DNA from: Eledone cirrhosa
Taxonomy: Eukaryota
NCBI GenBank assembly: GCA_964016885.1
Contig: OZ024753.1
Span: forward strand, 27,652,001 to 27,716,000
Direction of reading: 5' to 3'
DNA: 64,000 nucleotides
The notes under the pieces were generated by a model that saw nothing but the letters and a program-made list of their open reading frames with translations, was not told the origin of the DNA and made no database searches. Shown in pieces: positions 54,541 through 64,000 of this stretch (position 1 is its first letter; every line of letters starts with the position of its first letter). The translations under genes and the position numbers were made by a program.

Positions 54541-54589
<49 letters not shown>

Positions 54590-54595
<6 letters not shown>

Positions 54596-54828
54596 ATACT
54601 TGGGGAGGGTCATATTTGTGTAATATTGCCAGAATTAATAACAGAACACACTCACTGTTTGGTTGATTTTCGCTTCTGTGTCTTTTATATCGGTAATCTA
54701 ACTTACTCGGTCCTCAATGTTGCCAATAACTGACCGACGGTCAAAAATAATACAGATACAATATCGACACAAACACATATATATAGTTTATCATAAATCT
54801 TTCGTTGCACATCTGCAACATCGTCATA
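54590..54828 (-). repeat. Second copy of the (TA)n-adjacent element at 7020-7260
   Basis: Both share TTGTTATACTTGGGGAGGGTCATATTTG...GTTGCACATCTGCAACATCGTCA. Confidence 0.85.
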
Positions 54829-54852
54829 CATGTATATATATATATGTATATA

Positions 54853-54940
<88 letters not shown>

Positions 54941-54957
54941 GTATATATATATATATG

Positions 54958-55005
<48 letters not shown>

Positions 55006-55197
55006 TAAATCTACCAAGAGTTTACGGTAGTGTCCAATCCGTATGAAGAACTCAATGTAATCCGGATATCATGGAAAGAAGAGATGCAATGAAAAATCAC
55101 TTTCGGTGAAAGATAAACGGAATACAGAGTCAAGATAAAATATTTAAAAAATAATGAATAAAACAATGAAACAGTTCCTTATATTAAACAAAAAAAG

Positions 55198-55352
55198 TTC
55201 ATTATTTAACGATCGTTTCTAGGATATATATGTGTTAGAATTGGCATGCATATTCAACAGATATATGTACAAAATTATACAAAATTATACAAACTATCAA
55301 AATTAAATATACATACCAAACACATATATATGCCGTCTTCAGAAATAATGAA
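55198..55352 (-). ncRNA. Type I hammerhead with an extended stem II
   Basis: Minus strand: TTCATTATTT-CTGAAGA-(about 115-nt stem II)-GAAA-CGATCG-TT-AAATAATGAA. Confidence 0.72.
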
Positions 55353-55955
55353 ATATATTTATTGATAATAACAACAATTCAAAATTTCAGGTCCGTTTGG
55401 GAACAGAGTTCAAATTGACCAATGAAAATACAAAAAGTTTTATGCAGTTAGGTGTGTGTATATACATGTAATTAACTTCGTACACATATTTACATAAAGA
55501 TATATGTTCACATGCATACGCATGCCAAAAAGATGAATGTAAATACAAAAATTCAAGGCTAATGTCTCTGTAAGTTTATAATCTACAGATAAAATGCGTA
55601 TAGACACATAAATATGAAATAAATGTATACACACATTCATATACTCACACATATTCGTACACTCACACACACACGCGCGTATATGCATAAACATACACAT
55701 AACTACGAACATACATACACACACACACCCCCACACACATATATATGTGCATATAGTATTATCATAAGCATATGGACATTAATGCACGCACATAAACACT
55801 GCCACACATATTTAGATCAGGATACAGAAATTAGGTGGGAGGGGGGGAGAGGTCAGTATTCAACGGTTTCGGCAGACTGCCTATTTATAAATGTATCTAT
55901 AAACTTAGAAATAAAAAGAAAAGAAAAAGAAAAAAGAAAAAAGAAATATATCAAG

Positions 55956-56005
<50 letters not shown>

Positions 56006-56458
56006 CACACATACACACACACACACACACACATATACATATACATATATATATATACACATATATACACACATATATATATATATATATACACATATAT
56101 ATACACATATATACACACACATATACACACACATATATATATACACATATACATACACATACATATATATATACAAACAAGTAAAATATAAAATATACAT
56201 CGATATACATACATATAGACATATAAATAAATACACACGCATACACACACATACATATACATACATATACATACACATATATACAAACACATACATACAC
56301 ATACATATACATACACATACCATATAAATACACATACACATACACACACGCATACATATAGAGACACATACATATACACATATAAATACATAGACACATA
56401 CACACATAAACACACATATATATATATATATATTTTTACACACATATACACATACACG

Positions 56459-56505
<47 letters not shown>

Positions 56506-56554
56506 TCACAACACTCGTATATATATACACACTCATACATATACACATATATAC

Positions 56555-56614
<60 letters not shown>

Positions 56615-56738
56615 TCACATCTACATACATATATATATATAAATACACTCATATATATACACACATACACATACATACCCACATATAAATATATATATAT
56701 ATATAAATATATATATACACACATACACACATACACAT

Positions 56739-56783
<45 letters not shown>

Positions 56784-56901
56784 CACACACATACACATAT
56801 ACACACATACATATATACACACACACACACACCTACACATACATACACATACACATACACATATATAAAGATATATATACACACACACACACACACATAT
56901 A

Positions 56902-56940
<39 letters not shown>

Positions 56941-57021
56941 CATATATACATACATACATACATATACATACACATATATACACACATATACATACACACA
57001 TACACACATACATACATACAC

Positions 57022-57069
<48 letters not shown>

Positions 57070-57139
57070 CAAAATATTAACAAATGAAAAATATTCTCAT
57101 AATCAAAATATATACTTTATTATATATATTTCAAATCTT

Positions 57140-57207
57140 ATATTTTGTCTGATGAGGACGTACTAAAAAAATATCACAGTACCTTTGAAATATATATAAT
57201 AAAGTAT
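57140..57207 (+). ncRNA. Type I hammerhead ribozyme in a fold-back element (57064-57350)
   Basis: ATATTTTGT-CTGATGA-GGACGTACT..AGTACCTTT-GAAA-TATATA-TA-ATAAAGTAT. Confidence 0.78.
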
Positions 57208-57798
57208 ATATTTTGATTATGAGATTTTTCATTTGTTAATATTTTGAATAATATTAAAAACTCCCGGAAATCTCAACTGTTGAGTGCTTCTAAACTATTG
57301 TAAAATTGTATTCATTGAGTAATCAACGAACCATACTAATCTTTGGTTATATATATGTATATATATATGAGTGTGCGTGCGCGTGTGTTGTGTGTGCATT
57401 TGTGTGTGTATTACATATTTGCGTGTTTGTGCGTGCAGATAGTTAGAGAGACAGAGAAAGCTGACTTCCGGCATGTAAAAAAAAGTATTTTAAAACATTT
57501 AAAAAGCCATCCATTTTTGTCTTACTTTTAATCGTATACCGATTTCGTCAGGTCAATGACTTCGTGTGACGAGGTTCTTCTTTGAAGACGTCGAAAGTTC
57601 ATATCACACGCATAACATAAAATATTTTCTTAATCACAACTATAGCACAATTTACCTTCCTATCTACACACTTGCCTATCTATTTCTTTATTTTTTCTGA
57701 AATGTTAAGACACTTTTTATACCGTATCAAGCTTTAAACAACAATAATCAACTAATGAGAAGTAAAACCCTTTTTTTCTGATTGTTGATTGATTTCAG

Positions 57799-57882
57799 AC
57801 TTTGGTTCCTAAAGATAAAACTACTTATTGGTGTAAGTCTTTTGCTGTACCATCCTTTGATGGTAATGCGCATATTATTGCG
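57799..57882 (+). CDS. MOXD1: MOXD1-like B exon 4 (non-canonical donor TTATGT)
   Basis: TLVPKDKTTYWCK...HIIA. Confidence 0.82.
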
Positions 57883-58559
57883 TTATGTATTGTTTCCCTA
57901 TTAATTTTATTTTTCGATTTATATGATCTATAACTAACTTAATGCATTTGTTCAGAATTTAGAGTATGCCACCCAAAATCTGATATTTAAATATTATATT
58001 TTCCGTTAATACAGAGAGGTAGTAGCCTTATTCAGCTAGAAATCTATAATAAAATATCCACTGGAAGGTTTTTAAAGTACTTAATATAGAATAACGGAAA
58101 GTTACTACAAATAGCCATGAAACACGAACGAAGCAAAAAATGTTTTCTATTTTCAAAGAAGCTAACAAAAACAGAAGATTTAAATGGAAGATAGTTATGA
58201 AGAAAAAGGATGAAAATAGCAGAAAACGAGGCTAGAGGATGACATGATGAAACGATGGCAAGAAAACTCGTACATACCGAAAAAGGGTGAACAGAGAGGA
58301 AGTAGAAAACACAGCAGTGGCTAAGAAATGCAAGACTCAAACTTGACACTGAAGGATATTTCATCGCAGCACAAGATGAAATCAGCCCCACCAGAAAGCA
58401 TCAAATATGCACAATGAAGCAAAAAAAAAAAGATATTAAGAACATGGGAAAGAAATACCTAACTACAATGTCTCTGACTGTCCAGTTTTACTAAGAAAGA
58501 ATATATCCACATGTATTAGTGTTTGTATTTACATACACTGGAGGTTATACTAGCATAAT

Positions 58560-58775
58560 GGTTTCTTATATAGGCACAAGGCCATCAATTTTGGGGGAGG
58601 GAAAGTCGATTAAATCGACCCCAGTGCATTACTGGTACTTTATTTTATCGACCCCGTAAGGATGAAAGGCAAAGTTAACCTCGGCGGGATTTGAACTCAG
58701 ATTTTAAAGGGCCGTAACTCTATGCTGCGAAGCATGGCATCCGACCCTCTACCGATACTGCCAATCCACCGCCCT
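58560..58775 (-). mobile_element. tRNA-derived SINE, near full length
   Basis: Reverse complement reads GGCGGTGGATTGGCAGTATCGGTAGA...GAGTTCAAATCCCGCC...core. Confidence 0.85.
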
Positions 58776-59299
58776 TAGTTTATACTAGCATAATGAAATA
58801 CCAAGAGAAAAGAAGTGGTATAGGCATACGCTAGACAACATGTCAGAAAAAGATAAAGGTATCATACCCTGAGAGGTGCCAATACACACAGGCAATATGT
58901 ACACATGCGTGAGCAAGAGGAGAAGAGTCATCTACGGCTTATCAGGAAACCCTACAATTCTCTATTACCATAATTACCAATGCATGAATAAAAAGTTTAT
59001 CATCGTGCAATTATCATTATGGGCACTTGATTAGGAAGTGTTTGTCCAGGAAATTTGCACACAGACACAGATACATATACACATATATACATAAATACGG
59101 ACTTCCATACAGTGTTTGATTACCTAGTTTTACTCACAAGGCTCTGATCAACATGGGGCTATAGTAATGACACTTGCCCATGATGCTATGCAGTAGGTCC
59201 GAAACTCAGACCTTTTAAGAGTGAAACAAACTTATTAACCTTTTAACCATGTCTGTGTCTACGCCTACAATGGTTCATACATATGTTAAGTATGCGATC

Positions 59300-59334
<35 letters not shown>

Positions 59335-59678
59335 TTATAAATATATATACACATATAAACATGCGCATGTACACATTGATATTCTCTGTTTCTCACTCAC
59401 AAACACGCACCCATGCTCATTGCGATATATATACAGACCTGCCAACCTCTAAAAGCCCAAACCATGAAAAAAAGTTCCCCAAAATGGGGTGAAATGACGC
59501 AAAATGGGGAGATTTTACATAATGAAAGCTACACCTATTTTCACAAGAGAAGACGTCTCTCACCCACCCCAACTTTGTCCAAAAATGTAGTTTGACACTG
59601 AACTTTGGTAAAAACCAATAATGATTGATAAATTTTGTAAAACTGACCAAGTTAATGTCATTCATTATCTACTTTCAG

Positions 59679-59861
59679 ATGTATCCTTACGTTCAGGAAG
59701 GTCATGAACTCCTTGTTCATCATATGTTATTATATGGTTGTTATCGAAACACTTCAGGTCAAAAGAATATAGATGTTGAATCCAGATGCTATCATAAAAA
59801 TATGCCACCAGATTGGAAAGATTGTTGGTCCGCAGTTTATGCATGGGCAATTGGAGGCTTG
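59679..59861 (+). CDS. MOXD1: MOXD1-like B exon 5
   Basis: LVHHMLLYGC...AWAIGG. Confidence 0.9.
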
Positions 59862-60694
59862 GTACGTTATTTTCAAACAGTTTAGTTAGTAAAATTTAAA
59901 TTGATGCAGTTCCAATTTCTCATATCAATGTTCTTCTGGTGGTTCTAGGGTAGAAAGTATATGCAGCTACCGAATGAATCGGACAACAGTCAAGGATGGG
60001 TTTTAAATTTTGTCAATACACATATATATAAACACGCATCAATACCTTAGTAATAGTAGCTTTATAAACCGTGTCAACTTGGATAGACTGAGTGTAGTCC
60101 GATGTAGTTGAAATTCCAACACAATTAAAACACATCGATTGATGGTAAAAAAAGATAATTGTTTCTACTTTAGGCACAAGGCCAGCAATTACCCAGTGCA
60201 TTACTGGTACTTTATTTTATCGACCCCGTAAGGATGAAACGCAAAGTCAACCTCGGCGGGATTTGAACTCAGAACGTAAATGGTATAAAAAGATAATGTG
60301 TTCATATTTGTCTATTACACAACATAGTACAGTATAGCTTTCGAATAAAACACTGTTAACACGCTAGTAATTAATTAATCGAACTAGCTGTTAAGAATGT
60401 GTTACATATGCAAATCAGACTATCCGATCTACTCAAGTTGTAATGTGTTTATAAGCAGTCTCTAGAGGTTTGAATAGGTTACATGTTTGCTGATGAACCA
60501 CAGCATAGAATTGAAACTAGTGCAGCTAAACTTTCTTTTCTCCTCTCGAAAATATTGTATAGAAATACAGGGTGTTTATATATGTCTATTATATGTACTG
60601 CTGAGCTAGTAGTATAGATATATTATGTAGTAGAACATGAAAATAAAACATTACTATCACACTGGTAATTTATGTATTCATTCGTCTCACATAG

Positions 60695-60797
60695 AAAACC
60701 ATCCTACCAGAACATACTGGATTATCAATTGGAGGTGAAGACGATCCTCTATTCTTTATACTTGAGATTCATTACGATAATCCAGAGGAGATGGAAG
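60695..60797 (+). CDS. MOXD1: MOXD1-like B exon 6
   Basis: LEIHYDNP. Confidence 0.9.
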
Positions 60798-61431
60798 GTA
60801 GGTTCATGTTTGTTTCTCATGTTTGATATACCCTCCTGGTGGAATGGCAGTATCGGTAGAGGGTCGGACGCCATGTTTTGAAGCATAGAGTTACCGCCCT
60901 TTATGATTTGAGTTCAAATCCCGCCGAGGTTAACTTTGTCTTTCATCCTTACGGGGTCGATAAAATAAAGTAGCAGTAAAGCACTGGGTAATTGCTGGCA
61001 TTGTGCCAAAAGTAGAAACAATTACTATATAGTTGACATATTTTTATTTTGAACACATTCCCTTGTTTGAACTACCAATCTGTTTAACGTATACTCTCGT
61101 TTTTGACATGTCCTGCAATTAGATAAACACTTGTGTTGGATCTATTCTTTTGTTTGACACAGCCTTCTCTTTGACATAACCTCCTATTTGATAAATCCTT
61201 CTGTTTGACATGCTCTTTGGTGTGCCCACTTATTTGATAAATCCTGTTTGACATGCTCTTTTTGTAAAACATACGTTTGAACTGTCATCCTTTGTTACAT
61301 ATTTCTACGTTTTCCGTACTTCTCTGTTTGGCGTATCCTTCGATTTCTATCTATATATATTTTTAATACCATAGTATTAAAGATATTTCGATATTTCCAT
61401 TTGATTTCCTCGTATATATATTTTTTTGTAG

Positions 61432-61601
61432 GTGTGCTTGATTCTTCAGGAGTTGAATTAACTGTGACTAAAATTAAAAGCAAATATGAAGCCGGCATAT
61501 TATCAACGGGTCATTCTGTCGGTGGTCAATTTCGTCAGCGAATTCCACCTTATGCAAAAGAATTCAGATATAATGGATATTGTGAAGCTTGTGAATCTAT
61601 G
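61432..61601 (+). CDS. MOXD1: MOXD1-like B exon 7
   Basis: VLDSSGV...YEAGIL...GYCEAC. Confidence 0.9.
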
Positions 61602-62601
61602 GTAAATGTTTAATCCTTGTTTTTATTGAAGAAAATTGGTTAAAACAGAATATCGAAACTTAGACATGGTGTTCACATATTCGGTGGTCAACTGGTACTA
61701 AACTCTAGTTTTCACGAAATTATTTTACTAGGGATGCTATATAAAGGTGTTAATTTAACAATTTATTGAGCTCTCTTTAAATTCCAGATTGACATAATCA
61801 TTAGAGTATCCAAATACACACCTACGACATTTATTTATAATCGTTTTTCGTTCAGAATTCAAATTGAGCAGAGGACAATATTATTTTTTCTCCTTTCAGA
61901 AACATTAAAAAAATACCAGTCAAGTGCTGGAAATGATTTAATCCACTGATCATTCTCCCAATACTCCTCATTTTCTTTCAGTTATTAATTAGAATTCATT
62001 TGAGAGAGGTGAGTGGTAGAATCATTAGAACCCCATACCAGACCTGTGAACTCTCCCCGTCCTACGGGGATATCTCCCACCCACTTTAGGGTGGGTGAGA
62101 GATGTCTTCTCTTGTGAAAATGGGGATAGCTCTCATTATGTAAAATCTCCCCATTTTGCCTCATTTCTCCCGGTTTGGGTTTTTAGAGGTTGGCAGCATT
62201 TAATTACATATTTTACATCCAAACGCCAAATACAACCAGACTTAATAAAATAAGAACCAATAAAATAATAGAGGCCAATTCAATTTATAACGCTAGATAC
62301 CGGATGGTTATATTTCTGCTCAGTGAGGCTAAATAATTGCTTCTACTTTTGGCATTACTGGTGCTTTATTTTATCGACCCCCGTAAAGATGAAAAGTAAA
62401 GCTAACCTCGGCGGGATTTGAACTCAGAACGCAAAGGGCCATAACTCTATACTGCAAAGCATGGTGTCTGATGCTCTACCGATTCTGCCAATCCACCGCC
62501 CACATGGTAGGCTAAACAATAGTAAAACCATTGGCACAAATTTTTTGTTAGAAAATATTATTTTATTATTTTATTTTTTTTACTTCTTTCTCATTTTGAA
62601 G

Positions 62602-62805
62602 ATTAAACCTAAAGGAAACGTAGAATGGACTGAAGACGGTGTAAAAGTAGTAGCGACTTTCCTTCACGGACATTTGGCTGCGAGAAAGCTTAGACTTCAT
62701 CATTATCGCGATGGTAAAAAGCTTGATGATATCAGTTATGATGATAATTATGATTTCAACTATCAAAAAATGAGGCCCTTAAAGAAGGAACTTACGTTTT
62801 TAAAG
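62602..62805 (+). CDS. MOXD1: MOXD1-like B exon 8
   Basis: FLHGHLA...YDFNYQK. Confidence 0.9.
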
Positions 62806-62937
62806 GTAAGAAATATGCGTCGAACCCTCCTCCATTTCCTACAAGCCCGAACCTAATATAATTGTGTATTTTTGCATCCCTGTGTTTGCTTTGTTTCTTT
62901 TATCAACTATATGTATATATATATATATTAATTTCAG

Positions 62938-62997
62938 AATGACATCATAAACCTAGAATGCATTTATGACACTACAGATAGGAAGAATTTTACATAT
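62938..62997 (+). CDS. MOXD1: MOXD1-like B exon 9
   Basis: NDIINLECIYDTTDRKNFTY. Confidence 0.88.
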
Positions 62998-63059
62998 GTA
63001 AGTAGTATTTATTTTTGAAAATATTGTTGTTGTTTTTTTTACCAGATTTACTTTAGGAT

Positions 63060-64000
63060 ATCATCATCATCATCATCATCGTCATCGTTTAACGTCCCTG
63101 TTCCACGCTTGCATGGGTTTGGACGGGGGTTTTCCCACTTGAGGCAAGAGTGGTTGTCTTGCTCTCATAGGACTGTCTGGCGGGTTTTCTACAGCTGAAT
63201 GCCCTTCCTAACACCAACCACATTTACAGTGTGGGGCTGGGAGGTTTTTACCGTGTTGCCTACACGGCCACATTACAGCATGGACTGTCTGGCGTGTTTT
63301 CTACAGCTGGATGCCCTTCCTAACACCAACCACATTTACAGTGTGGGACTGGGAGGTTTTTACCGTGTTGCCTACACGGTCACATTACAGCGTGGACTGT
63401 GTATTTTTTTGTCGTGACACCTACACGATCTCGTTTGTTTCGGCCTGGATGTTGTGGCACCAACATAACTTTGCATTGAAGGGGGCGGTGTGGATGGGGT
63501 GGGACGGGGGTGTATTTTGTTAGAGATGCCTACTGACTAGTAGGTTTTACTTTGTATTTAGGTAAGGCGGGTCTTCTCTGTTACTGAGTACCGCCAAAGG
63601 TCTCGGTCCAGTGACATTGTCTTGGAGAGGTGTAAGTGTGTGAGGTCGGAATTTATCAGCTCGTCCCAGGTTTTCCTGGGTCTGCCTACTCCGTGGCTAC
63701 CATCTATCTTTATTGCCCTGCACTTTGTTATACAGCTGTCGTCTTTCATGCGCATCACGTGACCATACCAACGTAGCCTTCTCTCGAGTAAACAACATCT
63801 GATCCCTCTTATTTCTAATTTTTTCCTTAGTTCGTTTATGCTTTGCGGTTCACGTATATTACTATTACACATCCAGCGGAGCATGCAAGCTTCGTTCCTC
63901 TCTAGTCTGCGTATATCCTCTGCACACAATGCCCAGGTCTCACTGCCATGCAACATTGCTGTTCGTATGCAGGCATCATACAACCTGCCTTTCATTTTTA
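63060..64000 (-). mobile_element. RTE-clade LINE 3' end with a (GAT)n tail and an internal duplication in the 3' UTR
   Basis: MLHGSETW, ERRLRWYGHVMR, GRPRKTW; 63169-63278 is repeated at 63281-63390. Confidence 0.85.

Larger units (their letters stand above)
52789..54545 (+). mobile_element. Retrozyme-like tandem array (about 3.3 monomers of 520-550 bp), one hammerhead per monomer
   Basis: Monomers start at 52789, 53311, 53859 and 54403; nearly identical apart from the internal (TA)n length. Confidence 0.8.

Noticed and set aside
58560-58775. tRNA gene-like A and B boxes
   Set aside because: SINE head: no cloverleaf, continues into the SINE core, many degenerate copies

Overview
AT-rich, intron-rich animal genomic DNA; the SINE and microsatellite landscape suggests a cephalopod such as Octopus (inference). 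The only host genes are two tandem + strand DBH-like monooxygenase (MOXD1-like) loci. Copy A (11178-36198) has 13 exons, encodes about 579 aa, retains all Cu ligands and ends in a GPI/TM-type tail. Copy B (46843 to at least 62997; any later exons lie beyond the window) shows exons 2-9, no recognisable exon 1, and a GT>TT donor after exon 4. The rest is transposons: a full-length Tx1/L1-clade LINE sitting in an (ATT)n tract, a hAT-Charlie element with TIRs and an 8-bp TSD, three non-autonomous Helitrons, fragments of CR1, RTE, R4 and CRE elements, and tRNA-derived SINEs. The most striking hidden layer is about 16 type I hammerhead ribozyme motifs in roughly ten different short elements next to (TA)n tracts. 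They include a retrozyme-like tandem array of ~545-bp monomers (52789-54545) and several Penelope-type fold-back insertions that share an ACTC...GAGT hairpin near their 3' ends. All calls were made by eye, with no database search or folding software.
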